This document shows positions 55,383 through 64,000 of a DNA stretch of 64,000 nucleotides, piece by piece (the first letter of the stretch is position 1; each line of letters begins with the position of its first letter). The DNA comes from an uncultured Gammaproteobacteria bacterium. GTDB lineage: Bacteria; Patescibacteriota; Patescibacteriia; 2-12-FULL-57-11. Both the position numbers and the translations under genes were made by a program. Location of the stretch: positions 84,509-148,508 of the forward strand of contig CAZYLV010000001.1 of the NCBI GenBank assembly GCA_964648865.1, read 5' to 3'. The notes under the pieces were generated by a model, which did no database searches, was not told the DNA's origin, and worked only from the letters and a program-made list of their open reading frames with translations.

Positions 55383-57128
55383 CTACATCTCCCCGACCAG
55401 GGGAATCCCCAGCAGGCCGCAGCCCGCCTCGAGCGCGGCCTTCACCTTCTTGGCGAGCGCCAAGCGCACGGCGCGCTCGGCCGGCGAGGCCGTGAGCACC
55501 GGCACCTGCTCGTAGAACGCAGCGAACAGTCTGCAGAGCTCGAAGAGTTCCTGACAGAGCGCGCTCGGCCGCCACTGCGCCGCGGCGGCGCGCACGGCCT
55601 CGGGGTAACGCAGCAGCGCCAGCGCGAGCCGATGCTCCGGCGCGGTCACGAGGACACGGCCCTTCTTGCCGGCCGCGGCGCCTGCTTTCTTCTCGAGACT
55701 CGCGATGCGCGCGTACGTATATTGGATGTAGGGGCCGGTGTAGCCGTCGAAGGACACGGCCTCCTCGACGTCGAAGACAATCTGCTTGTCCGGGTCCTGC
55801 TTGAGGAGCGCGAAGAGGATGCCGCCCAAGGCCACGGCACGCGCCGTCTTCCCGGCTTTGGCCGCGCTCCAGTCCTCATGGCGCTTGACCACCTCTTCCG
55901 TGGCGCGCTCCACCACGGCATCGCGGAAATCCGTGTAGTAGATGACGTTGCCCTTGCGCGAGCTCATCGTCCCTTCCGGCAGCGTCACGAACTCGTAGGC
56001 CAAATGACGCAGCGCCAAGTCGTGTCCCATGCGCCGGAGCGTGGCGAAGAGCTGCTTCATGGCCAGCGACTGCCGCGCGTCGATGACGTAGACCGACTCG
56101 TCCGGATGGAACTCCCGCTCCTTGATGAGGGCCAGCGCGATGTCCTTGGCGTTGTAGAGCAGCGTGCCGTCGGTCTTGCGCAGCAGGTTAGCGCCGAGCT
56201 TCTCGTCCGAGAGGTCCACGATCAGCGCACCCTCGCTGACGCGGGCGATGCCGCGCTTCTCCAGGTCGGCGACGATGGCCACCGTCTCCGCGATGAGCCC
56301 GCTCTCGAACCACTGCCTCTCGATCTCCCAGCCGAGCTCCTTGACCACCGCGTTGATGGCCGCCTTGGACCAGGCATGCGTCGTCTTCCAGGCCATCACC
56401 CAGACGCGGTCCTTGGGTGGGATGGCGGCAAGCCCCTCGGCATGGAAGCGCTCCAGCGTCTTCTGGATGTGCGTGACCTCCTCGCGCACCGCCGGGTCGG
56501 CTTCGGCCGCCGCCGTGGCCGCCACGTAGGCATGGTCCAGGAAGCGGATGCGCTCCTCCGCGGACGTCTTCTCCCAGCCCGGGGTCCGCAGCACGCCCCA
56601 CAGGCATTTGGCGACGTTGCTGCCGAGGTCGTTGATGTAGGAGACGCCGATGGCGTGATGACCGAGCGCGCGCTGCAGCCGGACGGCCGCCGCGCCGAGC
56701 GCGAAATTGCGCAGATGCCCCACGTGCACGTCCTTGTGCGTGTTGGGATTGGCGTACTCGATGAGGATCGTCCTGCGTTCGGCCTTGGGGAGCGGCGCCG
56801 GCTGCGGTTTGGCTTTGGCCGAGCAGGCATAGGCCACAAGCCGTTCGGGGTTCACGGAAAAATTCAGGTACGGACCGGCGGACGTCACGTCCGCGAGCAT
56901 CCCCTTGCCCGCCGCGAGCTTCGGCGCGAGCTCGGCCGCCAGGTCGCTGGCGATGAGGACCGGGTTCTTGCCGAGCGCCTTGGCCAGCGGAAAGCAGCCG
57001 AAGGCCAGGTCGCCGAGCGACGGATCGGGCGGATTGGAGAAGTGGTCGGCGAGGAGGTCGGCCTCCGGCAGCGCGGCGCGCAAGGCCGCGAGCGCCTCGG
57101 CGACGAGCGGCGCGGGCAACATACTCAC
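55383..57128 (-). CDS. argS: arginine--tRNA ligase
   Basis: NPNTHKDVHVGHLRN (HIGH-type) and MSSRKGN (KMSKS-type variant typical of ArgRS). DALK-like anticodon-binding C-terminus. GTGA overlap with the tyrS stop. Confidence 0.9.
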   Translation of the reverse strand: MSMLPAPLVAEALAALRAALPEADLLADHFSNPPDPSLGDLAFGCFPLAKALGKNPVLIASDLAAELAPKLAAGKGMLADVTSAGPYLNFSVNPERLVAYACSAKAKPQPAPLPKAERRTILIEYANPNTHKDVHVGHLRNFALGAAAVRLQRALGHHAIGVSYINDLGSNVAKCLWGVLRTPGWEKTSAEERIRFLDHAYVAATAAAEADPAVREEVTHIQKTLERFHAEGLAAIPPKDRVWVMAWKTTHAWSKAAINAVVKELGWEIERQWFESGLIAETVAIVADLEKRGIARVSEGALIVDLSDEKLGANLLRKTDGTLLYNAKDIALALIKEREFHPDESVYVIDARQSLAMKQLFATLRRMGHDLALRHLAYEFVTLPEGTMSSRKGNVIYYTDFRDAVVERATEEVVKRHEDWSAAKAGKTARAVALGGILFALLKQDPDKQIVFDVEEAVSFDGYTGPYIQYTYARIASLEKKAGAAAGKKGRVLVTAPEHRLALALLRYPEAVRAAAAQWRPSALCQELFELCRLFAAFYEQVPVLTASPAERAVRLALAKKVKAALEAGCGLLGIPLVGEM

Positions 57129-58324
57129 GGCAGGACGCGGATGAAGTGACGCTTGCCCTTCTGGAGGAGCACGCCCTCCTTGGGCAGGGTCACGGCGGCG
57201 GCCGGGTCTGCGGCGACGGCGCCGTCGACCTTCACGCCCTTCTGTCCGACGAGCCGACGGGCCTCGGACTTCGAGGCCGCGAGCTTGGCGGCGACAAGTA
57301 CGTCGACGAGCGGCATGCTCTTGGCTTTTATGCGGACCTCGGGTACGTCGGCAGGCGTCTCATGTTTCTGGAAGACGGACACGAAGGCGGCTTCGGCCTT
57401 CTGTGCCGCGGCGGTACCGTGATACATGCGGACGATCTCCCGGGCCAGACGCATCTTGTGGTCGCGCGGATTCTCGCCCGAGGCCACGGCCTGCTCGATG
57501 TGCGTGATGTCCTCTTCCGGGAGCTCCGTTGCGAGCCGGAAATACGCCACGAGCGCCGCGTCGGGCACCGTCATGACCTTGCCGTACATGTCCTCGGCCG
57601 CGTCCGTCAGCCCGATGGTGTTGCCGAGCGACTTGGACATCTTGTGGACGCCGTCGGTGCCCACGAGGAGCGGCACGGTGATGACGTCCTGCTCGGGAAG
57701 CTCCATCTTCTTCTGGAGCTCGCGGCCGGCCAGCATGTTGAAGGTCTGGTCCGTCCCGCCGACCTCCACGTCCGCTTTGATGGCCACCGAATCGTAGGCC
57801 TGCATCATCGGGTAGAGCAGCTCGTGCGCCGAGATGTCGACCCCGGCCTTGCTGCGCTTGGTGAAGTCGTCGCGCTCGAGGATGCGGGCCACGGTGAACT
57901 TGCCGGCGAGCCGGACCACGTCCGCGAACCCGAGCTTACCCAACCACTCCGAGTTGTGGCGGACCTCGGCCTTCTTGACGTCCAGGACCTTCCCGACCTG
58001 CGCGAAGTACGTCTTGGCGTTGGCGGCGATCTCCTTTTCCGAGAGCTGCGGGCGGGTCTTGGATTTTCCGGAGGGATCCCCGATGAGCGCCGTGGCGTCG
58101 CCGATGATGAAGACCACGGTGTGCCCGAGGTCCTGGAACCGGCGGAGCAAGCGCAAGGCCACGGCATGCCCGAGATGCAGGTCGGGAGCCGTCGGGTCCA
58201 TACCGATCTTCACGCGCAGCTTGTCCCCTTTCTTCAGGCGCGCCACGAGATGCTCGCGCACCACGGCATCCGCCACGGAGCGTCCGAAGAGCGCAGCGAC
58301 CTGGGCGTCGGTCAGGCCTTTCAT
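57125..58324 (-). CDS. tyrS: tyrosine--tRNA ligase
   Basis: DPTAPDLHLGHAV (HIGH) and KMSKSLGN. C-terminal S4-like domain. The start was trimmed to MKGLTD, 17 nt after the valS stop. Confidence 0.9.
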   Translation of the reverse strand: MKGLTDAQVAALFGRSVADAVVREHLVARLKKGDKLRVKIGMDPTAPDLHLGHAVALRLLRRFQDLGHTVVFIIGDATALIGDPSGKSKTRPQLSEKEIAANAKTYFAQVGKVLDVKKAEVRHNSEWLGKLGFADVVRLAGKFTVARILERDDFTKRSKAGVDISAHELLYPMMQAYDSVAIKADVEVGGTDQTFNMLAGRELQKKMELPEQDVITVPLLVGTDGVHKMSKSLGNTIGLTDAAEDMYGKVMTVPDAALVAYFRLATELPEEDITHIEQAVASGENPRDHKMRLAREIVRMYHGTAAAQKAEAAFVSVFQKHETPADVPEVRIKAKSMPLVDVLVAAKLAASKSEARRLVGQKGVKVDGAVAADPAAAVTLPKEGVLLQKGKRHFIRVLP

Positions 58325-58340
58325 ACGCCACCAGTGTACA

Positions 58341-61001
58341 TCATCCGAGCTGGGCGCGGACCTTCTCGAGCTCCGCGGCGGCCTCGGCGCGCTTGGCCTT
58401 CTCCTTATGGATGACGGCCTCGGGCGCTTTGGCGACGAACTCGGCATCGGCGAGCTTGCCGTCGATGAGCGCGAGGTACTTCTCGAGCTCCGCGGCGCGG
58501 GCCTCAAGTCTGGCACGGCCCCGCTCGTCCTGCCCCGGCGCGTGCTCAAGGTAGACCTCCACCGCGCCCGCGACCGTGGCGACCTCCTCCGCCTTCTTCT
58601 CGCGGTCGTCGAAACTCAGGCAGCAGAGGTTGACGAGCTCCGCGATGACCGGCGCGTTCTGGGCGTAGATGGCATAGTCCGAACCGGCGGCGATGTTGGC
58701 GCCGCGCTCTTCCTTGGATCCGATCCGGTGTTCGCTGCGCAGGTTGCGGATGGCCGTGACGACCTCCTGGATACGGCGCATCTCGTCTTCGGCGAGCGCA
58801 TCGCCCACGCCGACATGCTCCGGCCACGCGGCGACCATCAGCAGGTCCGCGCCGCCCATCTCCTTCCACAATGTCTCCGTGACGAAGGGCATGAAGGGGT
58901 GCCAGAGCCGCAGCAGCGTGCCGAGCGTGAAGCGCAGGATGGCGTCGGTCCGCGCGGCGTCACCTTCCTTCTTTTGGACCTTGGAGATCTCCAGATACCA
59001 GTCGGCGAACTCGTTCCAGGTGAAGTCGCGCAGCGCCTCGCCTGCGGCCGAGAACTCGTAGCGCTCCAGATGCGCCGTGGCCTTCTCGGCCGTGGCCGCG
59101 AGACGAGACAGGATCCATCTGTCAGCCAACGTTATCGGCGTAGGGGCGACATTCATGACGCCCCTATCGGATTGCGTCGTCGTCAGCACGTAGCGGCCGA
59201 TGTTCCAGAGCTTGTTGGTGAAGTTGCGGAAGCCGGCGATCTTCTCTTCCGAGAGGCGTGTGTCGTTGCCGGGCGTGGAGCCGACGACGAGCGAGAGCCG
59301 CACGGCGTCCGTGCCGTACGTCGCGATCATGTCGAGCGGGTCGATGATGTTGCCGAGCGACTTGGACATCTTGCGCCCCTGCTCGTCGCGCACCAGTCCG
59401 TGGAGGTAGACGTCGCGGAACGGCACTTCGCCCGTGAGCGCCACGGACATCAGGATCATGCGGGCGATCCAGAAGAAGAGGATGTCGTAGCCCGTCTCCA
59501 GCACCGAGGTGGGATGGAAGGTCTTGAAGTCGGCGCTCTCCTTGGGCCAACCGAGGGTCGAAAAGGTCCAGAGCCCCGAGGAGAACCAGGTGTCGAGCGT
59601 ATCACCGTCCTGTTCCCACCCCGGCGTCTTCGGCGCCTTGCCCACGGCGTAGGCGTCGTCGCCCTTCTTCTCCGAGTGGTACCACACCGGGATGCGGTGC
59701 CCGAACCACAACTGGCGCGAGACGCACCAGTCGCGAAGGTTGTCGATCCAGTGGAAGTAGGTCTTCTCGAAGCGCTCCGGCAGGATGCGGATCTGGCCGC
59801 TCCGCACCACGTGGCTCATCACTTCCTTGAGCGTCACCTCCTGGCCGTCCTCGAGCCCGGCGATGGGATGGCGCGTGGACTGCGTGAAGGTGAAGTGCTT
59901 GTTGACGGCGATGAACCACTGGAGCTTCGGCAGCGGCTCCACCGGCGTGCCGCAGCGGTAGCAGACGGAGAGGTTCTGCGTGACGGTCTCTTCTTTTTCG
60001 ATCAATCCGGCTTTCTTCAAGTCGGCGACGACCCGCTTGCGCGCCTCGAGCACCGGCAGGCCCGCGTACCTTCCGGCGAGCGCCGTCATCGTCCCATCCT
60101 CGCCGATGACCGTGAGCGAGGGCAGCCCGTGCTCCTGGGCGATCTGCTCGTCGATCTGGCTGTGGGCCGGCGTGACGCCGAGTGCGCCGGTGCCGAAGGC
60201 CGCGTCCACGGCGCGATGCCCGACCACGCGGATGCGGAGCGTCGTGCCCAGGAAATCGGCGTCGAACTCCTGGGCGATGAGCACCTTGTAGCGGGAGTCC
60301 TCGGGGTTGACCGCCACGGCCGTGTCGCCGAGCTTGGTCTCGGGGCGCGTCGTGGCGATGGAGATCGGGAAGCGTTTGTCGTAGCGCAACGTGTAGAGCG
60401 TCGTCTCCCCTTCCTTGTATTCGACCTCGTCGTCGGCGAGCGTCGAGCTGCAGCGCGGACACCAGTTGATGACGCGGTTGCCGCGATAGAGCAGGCCCAT
60501 CTCGTGCAGCCGCTGGAACGCTTCGTTGACTGCCGCGCCGCGCTCGGCGTCCAGCGTGTAGGCCTCGCGCGACCAATCGCAGGAGCTGCCCATCATGCGC
60601 ACCTGGTTGACGATGGTGTCGTGGCTCTCGGCGGCGAACCGCTCGACGCGCTTCAGGAATTCCTCGCGGCCGAGGTCGTGGCGCGTCTTCTTCTCCTGCT
60701 CCAGGATGAGCTTCTCGACCTTGGTCTGCGTGGCGATGGCGGCGTGGTCGGTGCCCGGGATCCAGAGGGCCTTCTTGCCGCGCATGCGCTCGAAGCGGAC
60801 CATCAGGTCCTCGACGGCGAGCATCACGGCGTGTCCGAGGTGGAGCGTGCCCGTGACGTTGGGCGGCGGCATGACGATGGTGAACGGCTCGGTGCGCTCG
60901 CCCGGGAGGTTCTCCGGCGCGAAGTAGCCGCTGGCCTCCCAGCGGTCGCGGATGGCGCCCTCATGCGCCTTGGGGTCGTAGGCTTTGGGCATCTCGGCCA
61001 T
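58341..61001 (-). CDS. valS: valine--tRNA ligase
   Basis: PPNVTGTLHLGHA and KMSKSLGN. Editing domain and C-terminal coiled coil. 886 aa. Confidence 0.95.
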   Translation of the reverse strand: MAEMPKAYDPKAHEGAIRDRWEASGYFAPENLPGERTEPFTIVMPPPNVTGTLHLGHAVMLAVEDLMVRFERMRGKKALWIPGTDHAAIATQTKVEKLILEQEKKTRHDLGREEFLKRVERFAAESHDTIVNQVRMMGSSCDWSREAYTLDAERGAAVNEAFQRLHEMGLLYRGNRVINWCPRCSSTLADDEVEYKEGETTLYTLRYDKRFPISIATTRPETKLGDTAVAVNPEDSRYKVLIAQEFDADFLGTTLRIRVVGHRAVDAAFGTGALGVTPAHSQIDEQIAQEHGLPSLTVIGEDGTMTALAGRYAGLPVLEARKRVVADLKKAGLIEKEETVTQNLSVCYRCGTPVEPLPKLQWFIAVNKHFTFTQSTRHPIAGLEDGQEVTLKEVMSHVVRSGQIRILPERFEKTYFHWIDNLRDWCVSRQLWFGHRIPVWYHSEKKGDDAYAVGKAPKTPGWEQDGDTLDTWFSSGLWTFSTLGWPKESADFKTFHPTSVLETGYDILFFWIARMILMSVALTGEVPFRDVYLHGLVRDEQGRKMSKSLGNIIDPLDMIATYGTDAVRLSLVVGSTPGNDTRLSEEKIAGFRNFTNKLWNIGRYVLTTTQSDRGVMNVAPTPITLADRWILSRLAATAEKATAHLERYEFSAAGEALRDFTWNEFADWYLEISKVQKKEGDAARTDAILRFTLGTLLRLWHPFMPFVTETLWKEMGGADLLMVAAWPEHVGVGDALAEDEMRRIQEVVTAIRNLRSEHRIGSKEERGANIAAGSDYAIYAQNAPVIAELVNLCCLSFDDREKKAEEVATVAGAVEVYLEHAPGQDERGRARLEARAAELEKYLALIDGKLADAEFVAKAPEAVIHKEKAKRAEAAAELEKVRAQLG

Positions 61002-61035
61002 AGCGCATGACAGCGTAACACGGGCTCCACTAAAG

Positions 61036-61057
61036 AAAAAAGGGTCCGCGTGGACCC
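61036..61057 (-). terminator. rho-independent terminator
   Basis: GGGTCC-acgc-GGACCC followed by TTTTTT on the minus strand. Confidence 0.55.
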
Positions 61058-61076
61058 TTGCGCGCCTCGTGCCGGT

Positions 61077-61931
61077 TCAGTCGACGCGCCGTGCCGACCA
61101 GGGGCCGATGACCTCGCTGCCGTCTTCGGAGAGCCGCAGTCCCGTGATGGAGCGCCGGTCCGCCGCGATGGCCCCCTGGATCTGGATGCCGAGCTCGGCG
61201 CCCTGCACCCCGATGCCATCGATCCACATGGGGATGTCGAACGGCATGCCGGTGAGCTCGCGGCCGGCCTGGGCGATGTCGAACGTCCCGAGGTCCTCCC
61301 CGTCCTGCTCCACGGACCACCGCCCGTCGAGCACCGGCACCGCCGCGACGATGACGCTCGGGCTGCAGACCTCCGGCTCGCAGCTGCAGGGGCTGCCGTC
61401 GGCCGCAGCAGCGGGGCACGGGTTGGTCACGCAGGCCCGCACCACGAGATGCGGCTCGCGTGACCGGCGCAGGTCGAAGGCGTCGGCCGTGGCCGTGAGC
61501 CGCAGCCGCCGCCCGCGCGGATCCGCCAGGGATTCGACGATGAACGTCGGGTCCCCTTCCGTCCGCCACTCCACCTCCCGGGCCACCGGACGCACCGAGC
61601 CAAGCGAGGTCTGCCACGGCCAGGCCGTGATCTCCGCCGGCTCGGGCGGATCGGCATGCGCCCGCACCACGACGTAGCTCTCGGCGGCGAAAAGCGCCAC
61701 GCCCTCGGCGTAGTTGCCGATGCAGCGCGGCGGCGGGCCGCCGTCCCCGATGCCCGCATCCACGGGCATCGCGAAGGCGTCCGGCATCTCCGTCGCCGCG
61801 TCGGCCATCGGCGCGGCATCATCGCCCATCCCCTCCCCGGCGTCTTCCGGGAGCGGGGCGTCGACCTGCGGCGGTCCGTCGCAGGCGGCGATGAACAGGA
61901 ACAGGAACAGGGACCGCATGGGCCTCGTCAT
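61077..61931 (-). CDS. hypothetical lipoprotein
   Basis: GGAGGA SD 9 nt upstream of ATG 61931. MTRPMRSLFLFLFIAAC has a signal peptide and lipobox. Confidence 0.55.
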   Translation of the reverse strand: MTRPMRSLFLFLFIAACDGPPQVDAPLPEDAGEGMGDDAAPMADAATEMPDAFAMPVDAGIGDGGPPPRCIGNYAEGVALFAAESYVVVRAHADPPEPAEITAWPWQTSLGSVRPVAREVEWRTEGDPTFIVESLADPRGRRLRLTATADAFDLRRSREPHLVVRACVTNPCPAAAADGSPCSCEPEVCSPSVIVAAVPVLDGRWSVEQDGEDLGTFDIAQAGRELTGMPFDIPMWIDGIGVQGAELGIQIQGAIAADRRSITGLRLSEDGSEVIGPWSARRVD

Positions 61932-62082
61932 GGCCGCATCCTCCGGGCGCGCGGTCAGGGCGCCGCGCACCGCATCTTCCGTTGGGGAACGTGCCCTGAG
62001 CTCAACGGGCGCGTTCCTTCTCCATCACTGTACCTGTCCGCGCACGGCCGCACGGACTTGTCAAGACCCCACGCCCGCCCCG

Positions 62083-62111
62083 TTGACGCCCCCGGAACGG
62101 TCGCGTACAGT
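62083..62111 (+). promoter_or_regulatory. sigma70-like promoter TTGACG-N17-TACAGT
   Basis: Read directly. The -10 ends 17 nt before ATG 62129, with no SD between them. Confidence 0.5.
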
Positions 62112-62128
62112 GCTCCCTTCTTTGATCC

Positions 62129-63265
62129 ATGGCCCTCTCGCACACCGACCAGTTCTTCGAGGCGCTCGGCCGCGCCCGGCACGTGCTCATCGCCCTGCCG
62201 GCGCGCCCGGGCGTGGACCAGCTCGCCGCCGCCACGGCGCTGCTTGCCGTCTGCGGCGCGCTGGGCAAGCCGGCCGACGCCGTGTCCGCCGGGTTCTCCG
62301 GACGCGCCCCGGATTTCCTGCCCGCGGCCGCGCGGATCAAGGGCGTCCTGCCGCCGCTGAACACGCTGGTCATCCGCCTGCCGGTCGACAAGGTCCCTCT
62401 CCACGACCTCTCCTACCGGCTCGCCGAAGGCCACCTTGAGATCGCGATCGCGCCCAAGAGCGGCGGCTGGAAGCCGGAGGAGGTCCGCGCCGAGCCAGCC
62501 GCGGCCAAGTACGACTTCGTCGTGACGCTCGGCGCCGCCGACCTCGAGGCGCTCGGCGCGCTCTCCGCGGAGCACCCCGAGCTCTTCCTGAGCGTGCCCA
62601 CGGCCAACATCGACCATGACCCGTCCAATGAGCACTTCGGCACCATGAACTACGTCGACCTCACGGCCGTCTCCGTGACCGAAGTGCTCTACCGTCTCCT
62701 CAAGGACCGCGACCGCTCGCTCATCGACGAGGACACGGCCACGGCGCTGCTCTCCGGCATCATCGCCAAGAGCCGCAGCTTCACCGTCGAGAAGATGGCG
62801 CCCGAGACGCTTTCCGCCGCGGCCGAACTCGTGGCGCTCGGGGCGGACCGCGAGCGCATCGTCCACGGGCTCTACCGCACGCGCTCCGTGCAGACGCTCC
62901 GGCTCTGGGGCCGGGCCCTCTCGCGGCTCAAGGCCGACCCGGGCCGCAAACTGGTCTGGACGGCGCTCGCCAGGAGCGACTTCGCCGCGGCCGGCGGCAG
63001 CGAGCAGGAGCTCGGCGACGTGCTCGACGAGCTGATCGCCGCCTCGCCCGAGGCGCAGGTGGCGGTGCTGCTCTACGAGGCGGCCGACGGCACCGTCTGC
63101 GGCATCGTCGACGCCAAACGGCCCTATCACGCCGCGCAGCTCACCAGACCCTTCGTGCCGGAGGGCGGCGGCCGCCGGGCGCACGTCTGCATCCGGGGCA
63201 AGGACGTGGCCGCCGCCGAGCGCGAACTCATCGCCGCGCTCACCGCGTCGCTCCCCCTCTCCTGA
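62129..63265 (+). CDS. nrnA: DHH/DHHA1 family phosphoesterase (NrnA-like oligoribonuclease/pAp phosphatase)
   Basis: ANIDHDPSNEHFGTMNYVD (DHH motif region) and a Gly-rich DHHA1-like C-terminus. Confidence 0.65.
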   Translation: MALSHTDQFFEALGRARHVLIALPARPGVDQLAAATALLAVCGALGKPADAVSAGFSGRAPDFLPAAARIKGVLPPLNTLVIRLPVDKVPLHDLSYRLAEGHLEIAIAPKSGGWKPEEVRAEPAAAKYDFVVTLGAADLEALGALSAEHPELFLSVPTANIDHDPSNEHFGTMNYVDLTAVSVTEVLYRLLKDRDRSLIDEDTATALLSGIIAKSRSFTVEKMAPETLSAAAELVALGADRERIVHGLYRTRSVQTLRLWGRALSRLKADPGRKLVWTALARSDFAAAGGSEQELGDVLDELIAASPEAQVAVLLYEAADGTVCGIVDAKRPYHAAQLTRPFVPEGGGRRAHVCIRGKDVAAAERELIAALTASLPLS

Positions 63266-63270
63266 AACCG

Positions 63271-63301
63271 AAAAGGACGGCCTCACGGCCGTCCTTTTTT
63301 C
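63271..63301. terminator. bidirectional rho-independent terminator
   Basis: AAAAGGACGGCC-tcac-GGCCGTCCTTTTTT between convergent genes. Confidence 0.6.
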
Positions 63302-63305
63302 ATGG

Positions 63306-63815
63306 TCACGGCAACGCCGGCGCCAGGGCCAGGCGCGCGTCAGCGAGCGCGCGCAGGGCGAGATCCACGCCCGAGAGCGCCTGCGACACGCCGAGGACGC
63401 CGGAGCCGTAGGCGGAAAGGGCGTCGGCGGCGGTCTGGACGACGACCGCGGCGCGGCGGGCCTCGTCCGCGGCAGCGACCACGGCGGCGCGCGCCTCCTT
63501 GCTGCGGAAGCCCCGGGCATCGCGCCGGGCGGCGGCCGCGGCATCGGCGAGCGCCCGGCCGTCGGCGGCGAGCGCGGCCAGCTGCGCCGGAAGCGCGGCG
63601 TCATCCGTCCGCGCCGCGGCAACGACCTCCTCGAGCCGGACGACGGCGTTGCCCAGCCGCGCGTCGAGCGCACCCGCCGCGACGGCGGCCGCCGGGCTCA
63701 CCGCCGGCCGGTCGGCTACGCGCACGGCCGCCGCCCCGACGAGGAAGACCAGCGCCAGGAGGCCGACGACGTGCGCGGTGCGGAAGGGAAACGCGGGGAG
63801 ACGCATGCCCATCAC
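63306..63815 (-). CDS. hypothetical membrane-anchored Ala-rich protein
   Basis: One N-terminal hydrophobic helix followed by an Ala/Arg/Asp-rich sequence. GTG/ATG start overlapping the stop of the upstream partial gene. Confidence 0.4.
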   Translation of the reverse strand: MMGMRLPAFPFRTAHVVGLLALVFLVGAAAVRVADRPAVSPAAAVAAGALDARLGNAVVRLEEVVAAARTDDAALPAQLAALAADGRALADAAAAARRDARGFRSKEARAAVVAAADEARRAAVVVQTAADALSAYGSGVLGVSQALSGVDLALRALADARLALAPALP

Positions 63816-64000
63816 TCTACGCCATCACCCGCCGTCGCGTGAAGCGGACGGATATCCCACCCGGTGCCGGTCCAGAAGGCCGCGGCGGCGTCCGGCCGGG
63901 TCGGCACCGGTTCGACGACGGCCTCATCGGCGAAGGTGCGGTAGCTGAGAGCGTAGACCTCAAAAATGAAGGGCGGAAGGACGTACCCGTACGACGTGGG
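63812..64000 (-). CDS. hypothetical protein, C-terminal fragment (gene begins beyond window end)
   Basis: Hand translation gives ...PFIFEVYALSYRTFADEAVVEPVPTRPDAAAAFWTGTGWDIRPLHATAGDGVE, ending at a TGA that overlaps the next start. Confidence 0.3.
   Translation of the reverse strand, partial: PTSYGYVLPPFIFEVYALSYRTFADEAVVEPVPTRPDAAAAFWTGTGWDIRPLHATAGDGVE

Noticed and set aside
57834-61010. 1058-aa plus-strand ORF. Similar cases are 55632..57149, 34978..37155, 9883..11547 and 10919..12880
   Set aside because: They are antisense to valS, argS, groEL, aspS and asnS, all of which have unambiguous motifs on the minus strand.

Overview
This is a GC-rich window of about 64 kb that looks like a gene-dense bacterial chromosome segment. 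Nearly all genes are on the minus strand, in long and often translationally coupled operons. Six plus-strand genes are at 248..766, 8570..9022, 14803..15609, 15747..16415, 34985..35350 and 62129..63265; 46451..46843 is a less certain seventh. The housekeeping content is heavy. There is a tight valS-tyrS-argS operon and cysS. There is also an archaeal/eukaryal-size aspS next to asnS, plus a truncated AsnA-like class II core. Other housekeeping genes include groES-groEL behind a near-consensus CIRCE operator, a nusA-yidC operon, prfB with the classic CUU-UGA-C +1 frameshift site, rsmA/ksgA, tsaC, a GalE-like epimerase, a DHH/NrnA-like phosphoesterase, a HIT protein and YraN. There are two tRNAs, Val-TAC and Leu-GAG, flanking a sensor histidine kinase, and a second 7TM histidine kinase. 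Interleaved with these is a large set of secreted or membrane proteins. These include a 3019-aa Cys-rich giant secreted protein that sits in an operon with housekeeping genes and follows a thrombospondin-type-3-like calcium-binding anchor protein. There are two paralogous M23 peptidases carrying MopE-type CxxxDDDCDGxxDE motifs, several lipoproteins, a bactofilin, and a 914-aa polytopic membrane protein. Three things stand out to me. First, a lower-GC islet is translationally coupled to the 3' end of cysS and encodes a cyclodipeptide-synthase-like protein and a SET-domain methyltransferase. Second, the AsnA-like/MTase/asnS/aspS paralog cluster. Third, a duplicated promoter-leader-signal-peptide-terminator cassette that drives two unrelated secreted proteins. 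I found no CRISPR array, transposase, integrase, rRNA or obvious phage genes. Many rho-independent terminators and a few sigma70-like promoters can be read directly. Function calls come from motif recognition by eye, not from database searches.
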